From the NCBI RefSeq assembly GCF_003334765.1, contig NZ_QOWT01000033.1: a stretch of DNA of 44,004 nucleotides; one strand, written 5' to 3'. The notes under the pieces are model-generated. The model did not search any database and was not told the origin of the DNA. It saw only the letters and a list, made by a program, of their open reading frames with translations. Shown piece after piece: positions 1 to 9,446 of this stretch (position 1 is its first letter; each line of letters starts with the position of its first letter). The stretch is from Escherichia coli (GTDB lineage: Bacteria > Pseudomonadota > Gammaproteobacteria > Enterobacterales > Enterobacteriaceae). Both the position numbers and the translations under genes were made by a program.

Positions 1-331
1 TCTGTTGTCAGGTTTTACCTCTCAACGTGCGGGGGTTTTCTCTTTCCAGCAACCAATGCCACCAGGGATAAAGCCCCGCAACATTGCGCCTCACCGGATA
101 ACGCCGGCTTGGTGTGGATACTACGTCGCAATTCATCTTCACTTCATCCCTGAAATGTTTGCAATGAAGAGTACATTCCGGCTTTTCAACAGCTGTTGCA
201 GTGGTTTCGTGCAGGGTGTGGTACAGGCTCGCAATTCTGATTAACGACCTGTCCAGGTAGTATGAAGAAATACAATAAGCAGGAATTTATATTATCTCCC
301 CCGATTACCGTCATCGGAGGAGATATAACTG

Positions 332-1432
332 TCAGGCAAATATCGTCATCAAATAGGCGGCAAACAGTGCCAGATGCGCTGCGCCATTGAGCACGTTAGT
401 ACGTCCGGTGGAGAAGGAGATATGGCACAGCACTAAAGAGGCCACCATCACCACCATTTCTGGCGCACCAAGTGCAAACTGCAATTCGTTACCCGTCATA
501 AAGGCAATTAGCGTGACGACAGGTACGGTAAGCGAAATGGTTGCTAACACTGAACCAAAGAACAGATTCATCGCGCGCTGAACCTGGTTGTTCAACACTG
601 CTTTTAATGCACCTAAACCTTCCGGCGACAGAATCAACAGTGCCACCAGGAAGCCAGTAAAGGCGACAGGGGCATTCATGCTGTCGAGCAATGTCTCCAG
701 CGAGCTGGCGTTCATTTTGGTCACCGCAATAACGGCAATCAGATGGATAATCAACCAGATAGCATGCCACAGGCTGCTATGGGCAGACGGTTTACCGTGA
801 TGCGGGTCGTCATCATCACTGTCATCTTCGTGCTCGTAGACAAACAAACTTTGATGCGTTTTGGTCTGGATCAGCAAAAATACGCCATACATTGCCGCAG
901 AAATTAATGCTACCAGTAACGCCTGACCGGTTGAAAAATTCGCCGCAGGCAGAGCCATTGGAAATACCAGTACGATTATCGCCAGGGGGAACAGCGCAAT
1001 TAAATACTGCTTGATACCAAACAGATTCATATATTGGGTGGCAAACTTACGACCGCCCAACAATAATGAAAAGCCAACCAGCCCACCGGTAACAATCATA
1101 ATGATTGAATAGAGCGTATCACGCATTAGCGTTGGCGCGGCGTCGCCGGTTGCCATTAAAGCTGAAATCAAACTGACTTCAAGAATAACCACTGAAAGGC
1201 TAAGAATAAGCGAACCGTAAGGTTCTCCCAGGCGATGGGCTAATACGTCCGCATGACGGACAACACTAAAGGCGCTACTTAAAATACCAATAAGCGCAAG
1301 AAGATTGATGGCAATGACCACTGGTAGTGTCTGGCTGCTTCCCCACAGGAACAGCACTACCAGCGCCAGAACCGGGAAAATAAGCGAAGTCTCCTTGTGG
1401 CGGGTTTTTACCGCCTCTTGAGCATTTGACAT
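332..1432 (-). CDS. chaA: Ca2+/H+ (Na+/H+) antiporter ChaA
   Basis: ORF 332..1519 translated; recognised ChaA sequence begins at internal Met (MSNAQEAVKTRHKE...), giving a 366-aa polytopic membrane protein; start codon read on the minus strand at 1430-1432. Confidence 0.93.
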   Translation of the reverse strand: MSNAQEAVKTRHKETSLIFPVLALVVLFLWGSSQTLPVVIAINLLALIGILSSAFSVVRHADVLAHRLGEPYGSLILSLSVVILEVSLISALMATGDAAPTLMRDTLYSIIMIVTGGLVGFSLLLGGRKFATQYMNLFGIKQYLIALFPLAIIVLVFPMALPAANFSTGQALLVALISAAMYGVFLLIQTKTHQSLFVYEHEDDSDDDDPHHGKPSAHSSLWHAIWLIIHLIAVIAVTKMNASSLETLLDSMNAPVAFTGFLVALLILSPEGLGALKAVLNNQVQRAMNLFFGSVLATISLTVPVVTLIAFMTGNELQFALGAPEMVVMVASLVLCHISFSTGRTNVLNGAAHLALFAAYLMTIFA

Positions 1433-1701
1433 TATGGTTATCCCTTTGCAGATGAATTTATCGAAAATGTAAAAAATAGGTAGGAAAAATAACAGAAAGT
1501 GTCTGGATATCGGTAACATTTTACGAATTTTTACCCCGCTGTCGATTTTTTACTCATTGGGGCATAAAAATAAGTATTACGTTTAGACAATGTTTGTTTT
1601 AGCGTTTCTTAAGAAGAGTCTGACCTGAAAATTCTTATGTTTTGGCAAGAGTAGATATTGTTGACCACACTTAATGTTCAACTTTGTAAAAGGAGTCAAC
1701 G

Positions 1702-1932
1702 ATGCCGTATAAAACGAAAAGCGATCTGCCGGAAAGCGTAAAGCACGTTCTACCGTCTCATGCCCAGGATATCTATAAAGAAGCGTTCAACAGCGCATGG
1801 GATCAATATAAAGATAAAGAAGATCGGCGTGATGACGCCAGTCGCGAAGAAACCGCGCATAAAGTGGCCTGGGCTGCTGTGAAGCATGAATATGCCAAAG
1901 GGGATGATGATAAATGGCATAAAAAATCGTAA
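1702..1932 (+). CDS. chaB: cation transport regulator ChaB
   Basis: 76-aa ORF (MPYKTKSDLPESVKHV...), AGGAG Shine-Dalgarno 6 nt upstream of the ATG. Confidence 0.92.
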   Translation: MPYKTKSDLPESVKHVLPSHAQDIYKEAFNSAWDQYKDKEDRRDDASREETAHKVAWAAVKHEYAKGDDDKWHKKS

Positions 1933-2089
1933 AACCGGTCGCTTAGTTAAAGCTATTCGTGCGGTGTTGCCTTGCAAGTGGTCCGTGGATTGCATATTGT
2001 CCCGTTAGTGGTTTCAAAATGAGCAGTAAAAATGTCCGGAAGACACCAAAAAGTTGTCGCAGGGAAGTATGCAGTGGCGGAGGTGTAAG

Positions 2090-2785
2090 GTGATAACGCG
2101 TGATTTCTTGATGAATGCCGATTGTAAAACGGCATTTGGTGCCATTGAAGAATCACTCTTATGGTCAGCAGAACAACGGGCGGCTTCGCTGGCGGCGACG
2201 CTGGCTTGTCGACCTGATGAGGGACCGGTGTGGATCTTCGGCTATGGATCGTTGATGTGGAATCCGGCACTGGAGTTTACCGAATCGTGCACCGGTACAC
2301 TGGTTGGATGGCATCGCGCATTTTGCCTGCGCCTGACCGCCGGGCGCGGGACTGCGCACCAGCCGGGACGGATGCTTGCACTGAAAGAGGGCGGACGCAC
2401 CACAGGCGTCGCCTATCGACTGCCAGAAGAGACGCTGGAGCAGGAACTAACCCTGTTGTGGAAGCGAGAGATGATTACCGGCTGTTATCTGCCAACCTGG
2501 TGTCAGCTTGATCTTGATGATGGACGCACAGTAAACGCCATTGTGTTTATTATGGACCCGCGACATCCAGAATATGAATCTGATACTCGCGCTCAGGTCA
2601 TCGCGCCGTTGATTGCGGCGGCGAGCGGTCCGCTGGGAACCAACGCACAATACCTGTTTTCACTGGAACAGGAGCTTATCAAACTGGGAATGCAGGACGA
2701 TGGGCTGAATGATTTGCTGGTATCGGTAAAAAAACTGCTGGCGGAGAATTTTCCGGATGGTGTGTTACGTCCGGGATTCGCCTGA
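2090..2785 (+). CDS. chaC: glutathione-specific gamma-glutamylcyclotransferase ChaC
   Basis: ORF 2054..2785; recognised protein starts at a GTG (VITRDFLMNADCK...) preceded by GGAGGTG; 231 aa. Confidence 0.9.
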   Translation: MITRDFLMNADCKTAFGAIEESLLWSAEQRAASLAATLACRPDEGPVWIFGYGSLMWNPALEFTESCTGTLVGWHRAFCLRLTAGRGTAHQPGRMLALKEGGRTTGVAYRLPEETLEQELTLLWKREMITGCYLPTWCQLDLDDGRTVNAIVFIMDPRHPEYESDTRAQVIAPLIAAASGPLGTNAQYLFSLEQELIKLGMQDDGLNDLLVSVKKLLAENFPDGVLRPGFA

Positions 2786-2828
2786 GTAAACTTCCCGCAT
2801 AGTGGGGCGTCAGACGCCCCCTCAAACA

Positions 2829-3182
2829 TTAAAATGTGAGCACTTTATCGGCTGACAGCGTCCATTGCGCCAGTTCCACAAGAGTACCGATTTCCACCCC
2901 ATCAATCAGAGGAAGTGTACTAATCCCGCGCCCGTCGGTACAGGTTTTGCACAATTTCACCGGTACATTCTGAGCGGTAAGGATCTCCAGCATTTGCTGA
3001 ATGTTGTAGCCTTCCCCTGGTTTTTGCCCGCGCAACCCGGCTGTGACCGCATCAGACATGAGGAACAGACGCAGATCCAGATTGCTCTCCTGCTCTCGTA
3101 ACGCAATGGCCAGCCGCAAGCTGTTAAACAAGGATTCGCTCCCGTAAGGTGCGCCATTGGCAACGATCACGATTTTTTGCAT
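2829..3182 (-). CDS. ychN: DsrE/TusD-like protein YchN
   Basis: 117-aa ORF (MQKIVIVANGAPYGSESLFNSLRLAIAL...). Confidence 0.9.
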   Translation of the reverse strand: MQKIVIVANGAPYGSESLFNSLRLAIALREQESNLDLRLFLMSDAVTAGLRGQKPGEGYNIQQMLEILTAQNVPVKLCKTCTDGRGISTLPLIDGVEIGTLVELAQWTLSADKVLTF

Positions 3183-3199
3183 TATTTACTCCTGTATTC

Positions 3200-3303
<104 letters not shown>

Positions 3304-3304
3304 T

Positions 3305-3344
<40 letters not shown>

Positions 3345-3366
3345 ATTACCGGAAGTTACCGACGTT

Positions 3367-4761
3367 TTGAGCCGTTTCGTTCCTCGCATTATCCCGTTTT
3401 ATTTACTCTTGCTTGTAGCAGGCGGTACAGCTAACGCACAATCTACCTTCGAGCAAAAAGCGGCAAATCCCTTTGATAATAACAATGATGGTCTGCCGGA
3501 TTTAGGCATGGCTCCCGAAAATCATGATGGGGAAAAACACTTTGCTGAAATTGTGAAAGATTTCGGCGAAACCAGTATGAATGATAACGGGCTGGATACT
3601 GGCGAGCAGGCAAAAGCTTTCGCATTGGGAAAAGTCCGCGACGCGCTTAGTCAACAGGTTAATCAGCACGTAGAGTCCTGGCTATCACCGTGGGGAAATG
3701 CCAGTGTTGACGTCAAAGTGGATAACGAAGGACATTTCACCGGCAGTCGTGGAAGCTGGTTTGTGCCGTTACAAGATAATGATCGTTATCTCACCTGGAG
3801 CCAGCTTGGTCTTACTCAGCAGGATAATGGGTTGGTGAGCAATGTGGGCGTTGGGCAACGCTGGGCGCGCGGCAACTGGCTGGTGGGTTATAACACTTTT
3901 TATGACAACTTGCTGGACGAAAATCTTCAGCGAGCGGGCTTTGGTGCCGAAGCGTGGGGCGAATATTTGCGATTATCGGCAAACTTTTATCAGCCGTTTG
4001 CTGCATGGCATGAACAGACAGCCACGCAGGAACAACGGATGGCGCGCGGGTACGACCTGACAGCTCGGATGCGCATGCCGTTCTATCAACACCTCAATAC
4101 CAGTGTCAGCCTAGAACAGTATTTTGGTGATCGTGTTGATTTGTTTAACTCTGGTACGGGTTATCACAATCCCGTCGCGTTGAGTCTGGGATTAAATTAC
4201 ACCCCTGTGCCATTAGTCACTGTGACGGCCCAGCATAAACAGGGTGAAAGTGGCGAAAATCAAAATAACCTCGGGCTGAATCTTAATTACCGCTTTGGTG
4301 TACCGCTCAAAAAACAACTTTCTGCGGGCGAGGTTGCCGAAAGTCAGTCGTTACGTGGTAGTCGCTATGACAATCCGCAGCGAAATAATCTACCGACTCT
4401 TGAGTACCGACAGCGAAAAACGTTAACGGTGTTTCTGGCGACACCGCCGTGGGATCTAAAACCTGGCGAAACAGTGCCGCTGAAATTACAAATCCGCAGT
4501 CGTTACGGTATTCGGCAACTGATTTGGCAGGGCGATACGCAGATATTAAGTTTGACGCCGGGCGCACAAGCCAACAGCGCGGAGGGCTGGACGCTGATCA
4601 TGCCTGACTGGCAGAACGGGGAAGGGGCAAGCAATCACTGGCGATTGTCTGTGGTGGTGGAAGATAACCAGGGGCAGCGTGTCTCCTCCAATGAGATCAC
4701 GCTAACGCTTGTCGAACCGTTCGATGCATTGTCAAACGACGAACTGCGCTGGGAACCGTAA
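3367..4761 (+). CDS. ychO: putative invasin/intimin-like outer-membrane protein YchO
   Basis: 464-aa ORF from a TTG; N-terminus looks like a signal peptide (RIIPFYLLLLVAGGTANA|Q). Exact start uncertain, no in-frame ATG nearby. Confidence 0.8.
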   Translation: MSRFVPRIIPFYLLLLVAGGTANAQSTFEQKAANPFDNNNDGLPDLGMAPENHDGEKHFAEIVKDFGETSMNDNGLDTGEQAKAFALGKVRDALSQQVNQHVESWLSPWGNASVDVKVDNEGHFTGSRGSWFVPLQDNDRYLTWSQLGLTQQDNGLVSNVGVGQRWARGNWLVGYNTFYDNLLDENLQRAGFGAEAWGEYLRLSANFYQPFAAWHEQTATQEQRMARGYDLTARMRMPFYQHLNTSVSLEQYFGDRVDLFNSGTGYHNPVALSLGLNYTPVPLVTVTAQHKQGESGENQNNLGLNLNYRFGVPLKKQLSAGEVAESQSLRGSRYDNPQRNNLPTLEYRQRKTLTVFLATPPWDLKPGETVPLKLQIRSRYGIRQLIWQGDTQILSLTPGAQANSAEGWTLIMPDWQNGEGASNHWRLSVVVEDNQGQRVSSNEITLTLVEPFDALSNDELRWEP

Positions 4762-5412
4762 TCAGAAAATGCGCTCCTGATGCACCCATACCGCTGCTTC
4801 CACGCGAGACTTGAGCTTCATTTTCTTCAGCATGTGCTTGACGTGCACTTTTACTGTGCTTTCGGTGATATCCAGGCGGCGGGCAATCATCTTGTTCGGC
4901 AAACCCTGGGCAATCAGCTTGAGAATATCGCGCTCGCGTGGGGTTAACTGGTTAACATCGCGCTCAGTAGTGGCACGGTTAGCGCGCAAGCTGGCGGCCA
5001 GAACAGGCGTTAATGCTTCGCTTAATACCATTTCGCCAGCAGCTGCCTGATGCAATGCTTTCAGCAGATCTTCCGGTTCCATATCTTTTAACAGATAGCC
5101 ATCCGCGCCGCGTTTCAGTGCGGTGACCACATCTTCTTCATGGTTAGAGACGCTGAATACCACAATGCGCCCTGAGAGGGACTTTTCGCGCAGTTTATCC
5201 AGCGTTTCCAGACCGTTCATGCCGGGCATATTGAGATCTAACAGGATCAGATCGGGATCAAGAGACTCCGCCAGTTCAATACCCTGTTCGCCATTACTCG
5301 CTTCGCCAACCACGGTGATATCTGGTGCCATACTGATAAGCTGTTTTACGCCAGTTCGCAGCATCGGGTGATCGTCAATCAGCAGGATAGTAGCCGGTTC
5401 CTGATTACTCAT
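4762..5412 (-). CDS. narL: nitrate/nitrite response regulator NarL
   Basis: ORF 4762..5526; recognised NarL begins at internal Met ([21 protein letters not shown]...), 216 aa; receiver domain plus LuxR-type HTH. Confidence 0.95.
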
Positions 5413-7201
5413 GGGTATCTCCTTGGACGTCTGTGAAAGTTTTTTCGGGAATAAAGGTGACCACCACTTCGGTGCCACCTGATTCACGACGGCGGACGCG
5501 GCAATCGCCTCGTAAACTTTGCGCACGATCGCGCATTATTATCATGCCGTAGTGATTGCTGCGGATGGCATTTTCAGGCACGCCGCAGCCGTTATCCTGG
5601 ACGGTCAGTTTGACCTGATTATCGTTTTGCGCCACCGTCACCACGACTTCACTCGCTTGCGAATGTTTGAGGGCGTTACTTAATGCCTCACGGGCAATTT
5701 GCAACAAGTGGATTGCCTGATGCGAAGGCACCAGGCGAGGCGGCAATTGATAATCCAGCTTCACCGGGAAGCCAAATTTGGCGCTGTACTCTTCGCAACT
5801 CGCCTCCAGCGCCGGACGTAATCCAGGCTCGGTGAGCTGCAAGCGGAATGTGGTGAGCAATTCACGCAACTGCGCCCAGGATGCATTCAGTTCGTTACGG
5901 ATCTGACTTAACAGTTCGCGGCTGCTTTCTGGCAGCGCATCGCCCTGCATCTGTAAACAACTCACCTGCATCTTCATGCAAGAGAGAGATTGGGCAATAG
6001 AATCATGCAGTTCGCGCGCAATGGTGGCACGCTCTTCCATCACGATCAACTGTTGCTGACGTTCCTGATGGCGATCCAGCGCCAGCGTGGCGGTGAGTTG
6101 TTCAACCAGGGTATCCACCAGTTGTTGTTGATCATGGCTAAGATGACGCCCCTGCGGCAGGGTCGCCAGCAAAATACCGTACTGCGTATGAGAGTCAGCC
6201 AGCCGCCACTTCAGGGTCGTGCCGCGATCACCAACGGGTAATACGCCGCGCGGGCAGAGCTGGCAGCCTTTATCATCACAAGTCATATCTGGCTGGCAGG
6301 TAAACTCCTGATGATTCTCTTCATCATCAGTGTCATACACCCGCAATTCGATATCACGTAGCAGGGTTAAATTCTGTAAGCCGTTGAGTACAGGTGACAG
6401 GCGTTCACACAGCGGGGCGCGGGAATGCAAACGGCGGTTAGCCTGCCATAAAAAAGAGAGGATCTGATTTTTATGCTCCAGCCCGGCGGTTTTCTCCTGA
6501 ACCCGCTGCTCAAGTACGGCATAACTTTCGGCCAGTTCTGCAGACATATTGTTCAACGCAGTTCCAAGCATCGCCATTTCGTTGCGCCCGCTGATGTTTG
6601 CGCGTTGGGTAAAATCGCGATGACTGACGGCACTCGCCATTGCCAGCAGTTGCCGCCACGGTTGTAGCAGTCGCGCCCGCAACCAGATAATAGTGAACAC
6701 CAGTAAAAGTGCCATAAATACCGCCATTACCCGATGGACCAGTACCACTGTCTCGATGCGCATTTCCGTGGTGCGGTCAAAACCAGATACCAGTTGATCA
6801 AGCCCGGCAACAAACTGGCTGACATCCGCTGACACCGTTTCTCGGTTTTGTGCACGCATCAGCGCAGGGATCAGTTCATTACGCCAGTAATCTTGTAAAC
6901 CCTGTAATTGCGCCAGTTGTCCGTCTCGTTCTGCTGCTCGAGTCAACTCGGCGCTAAATGCCGTTTGTTCCATCTCTTTAATTAAGGGCTTGTCTTTCTC
7001 GCTTAATGGCACTGCCGCCAACAGACGGTAACTTTGCATGCGCAGCGATCCCGCTTTGTTGATCGCATGGGCGCTGCCCTGAACGCCTTGCACCAGCCAG
7101 CCAGAAACCGCCATCCCTGCCAGTCCAATAGCAGTAGAAAGCAACACAATAAGCGCAACCTGATTAACCAGGGTGAGCGGAGAGAGACAACGTTTAAGCA
7201 T
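5405..7201 (-). CDS. narX: nitrate/nitrite sensor histidine kinase NarX
   Basis: 598-aa ORF ([21 protein letters not shown]...); stop codon overlaps the narL start by 8 nt. Confidence 0.95.
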
Positions 7202-7297
7202 GTAAACCTCTTCCTTCAGGCTTTAAATGAGCAATAACCTTAATGAATGTGACGATACATTCTGGAATGGCAGTATTCTCGGCTATTGGCTGAAGTA

Positions 7298-7324
7298 TAC
7301 CCATACCCGGAAAGAGTTACTCCT
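7298..7324 (+). promoter_or_regulatory. candidate NarL heptamers (TACCCAT, TACTCCT) upstream of narK
   Basis: Heptamers matching the NarL consensus TACYYMT seen in the narX-narK divergent region, roughly 200 bp upstream of the inferred narK start site. Confidence 0.5.
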
Positions 7325-7466
7325 TATTTGCCGTGTGGTTAGTCGCTTTACATCGGTAAGGGTAGGGATTTTACAGCACCGTGAAAAATCTCATAATTTT
7401 TATGAAGTCACTGTACTCACTATGGGTAATGATAAATATCAATGATAGATAAAGTTATCTTATCGT

Positions 7467-7480
7467 TTGATTTACATCAA
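7467..7480 (+). promoter_or_regulatory. FNR box TTGATttacATCAA (narK promoter)
   Basis: Perfect match to FNR consensus TTGAT-N4-ATCAA, about 60 bp upstream of the narK ATG. Confidence 0.75.
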
Positions 7481-7539
7481 ATTGCCTTTAGCTACAGACA
7501 CTAAGGTGGCAGACATCGAAACGAGTATCAGAGGTGTCT

Positions 7540-8931
7540 ATGAGTCACTCATCCGCCCCCGAAAGGGCTACTGGAGCTGTCATTACAGATTGGCGACCGG
7601 AAGATCCTGCGTTCTGGCAACAACGCGGTCAACGTATTGCCAGCCGCAACCTGTGGATTTCCGTTCCCTGTCTGCTGCTGGCGTTTTGCGTATGGATGTT
7701 GTTCAGCGCTGTTGCGGTGAACCTACCGAAAGTCGGCTTTAATTTTACGACCGATCAGCTATTTATGTTGACTGCGCTGCCTTCGGTTTCTGGCGCGTTA
7801 TTACGTGTTCCATACTCCTTTATGGTTCCTATCTTCGGTGGTCGTCGCTGGACGGCGTTCAGCACCGGTATTCTGATTATTCCTTGCGTCTGGCTGGGTT
7901 TTGCCGTGCAGGATACCTCCACGCCTTATAGCGTCTTCATCATCATCTCTCTGCTATGCGGCTTTGCTGGCGCGAACTTCGCATCCAGTATGGCAAACAT
8001 CAGCTTCTTCTTTCCGAAACAGAAGCAGGGTGGCGCGCTGGGTCTGAATGGTGGTCTGGGAAACATGGGCGTCAGCGTCATGCAGTTGGTTGCTCCGCTG
8101 GTGGTATCACTGTCGATTTTCGCAGTATTTGGTAGCCAGGGCGTCAAACAGCCGGATGGGACTGAGCTGTATCTGGCGAATGCGTCCTGGATATGGGTGC
8201 CGTTCCTTGCCATCTTCACCATTGCGGCGTGGTTTGGCATGAACGATCTTGCTACCTCGAAAGCCTCCATCAAGGAGCAGTTGCCGGTACTCAAACGGGG
8301 TCATCTGTGGATTATGAGCCTGCTGTATCTGGCAACCTTCGGCTCCTTCATCGGCTTCTCCGCGGGCTTTGCAATGCTGTCAAAAACGCAGTTCCCGGAT
8401 GTTCAGATTCTGCAATACGCTTTCTTCGGGCCGTTTATTGGTGCGCTGGCGCGTTCTGCAGGTGGTGCATTATCTGACCGTCTGGGCGGAACTCGTGTCA
8501 CGCTGGTGAACTTTATTCTGATGGCGATTTTCAGCGGCCTGCTGTTCCTGACCTTACCGACTGACGGGCAGGGCGGAAGCTTCATGGCGTTCTTCGCGGT
8601 CTTCCTGGCGCTGTTCCTGACAGCTGGGCTGGGTAGTGGTTCCACTTTCCAGATGATTTCAGTGATCTTCCGTAAACTGACAATGGATCGCGTGAAAGCA
8701 GAAGGGGGTTCTGACGAACGTGCGATGCGTGAAGCGGCAACCGACACGGCGGCGGCGCTGGGTTTCATCTCTGCGATTGGCGCGATTGGTGGCTTCTTTA
8801 TCCCGAAAGCGTTTGGTAGCTCGCTGGCATTAACGGGTTCGCCAGTCGGCGCAATGAAGGTATTTTTGATTTTCTATATCGCCTGCGTAGTGATTACCTG
8901 GGCGGTATATGGTCGGCATTCTAAAAAATAA
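7540..8931 (+). CDS. narK: nitrate/nitrite transporter NarK (MFS)
   Basis: ORF 7534..8931; recognised NarK starts MSHSSAPERATGAV... at the ATG at 7540; 463 aa. Confidence 0.95.
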   Translation: MSHSSAPERATGAVITDWRPEDPAFWQQRGQRIASRNLWISVPCLLLAFCVWMLFSAVAVNLPKVGFNFTTDQLFMLTALPSVSGALLRVPYSFMVPIFGGRRWTAFSTGILIIPCVWLGFAVQDTSTPYSVFIIISLLCGFAGANFASSMANISFFFPKQKQGGALGLNGGLGNMGVSVMQLVAPLVVSLSIFAVFGSQGVKQPDGTELYLANASWIWVPFLAIFTIAAWFGMNDLATSKASIKEQLPVLKRGHLWIMSLLYLATFGSFIGFSAGFAMLSKTQFPDVQILQYAFFGPFIGALARSAGGALSDRLGGTRVTLVNFILMAIFSGLLFLTLPTDGQGGSFMAFFAVFLALFLTAGLGSGSTFQMISVIFRKLTMDRVKAEGGSDERAMREAATDTAAALGFISAIGAIGGFFIPKAFGSSLALTGSPVGAMKVFLIFYIACVVITWAVYGRHSKK

Positions 8932-9076
8932 ACCGTTACTCGTCATACTTCGGGTTACATGTGCTGCGGCTGCGTTCATTCACCCCAGTCACTTACTTTA
9001 GTAAGCTCCTGGGATTCATTCACTTGCCGCCTTCCTGTAAACCGAATTATATAGAGTAAAATATTTGATTATCCTT

Positions 9077-9103
9077 TGCGCGGCATGATGTCGCGCTTTT
9101 TTT
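9077..9103 (+). terminator. narK rho-independent terminator (GC hairpin plus T run)
   Basis: GCGCG...CGCGC inverted repeat followed by about seven T residues, roughly 150 bp after the narK stop. Confidence 0.6.
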
Positions 9104-9178
9104 ATGCGTCATTTAGTTACAACATACTAATGTTATATGGTTTATTTCGCCGGATTTCATTAAGAGCCATTAATATGT

Positions 9179-9208
9179 TACCCATGGGGAATACTCCTTA
9201 ATACCCAT
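9179..9208 (+). promoter_or_regulatory. NarL heptamer cluster (TACCCAT, TACTCCT, TACCCAT) upstream of narG
   Basis: Three consensus NarL heptamers within 30 bp, about 200 bp upstream of the inferred narG start site, matching the known far-upstream NarL site architecture. Confidence 0.75.
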
Positions 9209-9331
9209 CTGCATAAAAATCTTAATAGTTTAAATAACTACAGGTATAAAACGTCTTAATTTACAGTCTGTTATGTGGTGGCTGTTAATTATCCTAAAGG
9301 GGTATCTTAGGAATTTACTTTATTTTTCATC

Positions 9332-9345
9332 CCCATCACTCTTGA
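9332..9345 (+). promoter_or_regulatory. FNR box TTGATcgttATCAA (narG promoter)
   Basis: Perfect FNR consensus about 100 bp upstream of the narG ATG. Confidence 0.8.
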
Positions 9346-9446
9346 TCGTTATCAATTCCCACGCTGTTTCAGAGCGTTACCTTGCCCTTAAACATTAGCA
9401 ATGTCGATTTATCAGAGGGCCGACAGGCTCCCACAGGAGAAAACCG

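Noticed and set aside
5-244. 79-codon ORF at the window start; also looked here for Ldr/Rdl-type toxin-antitoxin repeats, which K-12 carries upstream of chaA
   Set aside because: No ribosome-binding site or recognisable protein; I could not find an Ldr-like peptide in either strand of 1..331, so the region is left unannotated.
4762-5526. Extended N-termini in the ORF track for narL (also chaA, chaC, ychJ, rssA, oppA, yciU, yciY, kch, yciI, tonB)
   Set aside because: The track reports the longest ORF; the recognised proteins begin at internal ATG or GTG codons, and I used those.
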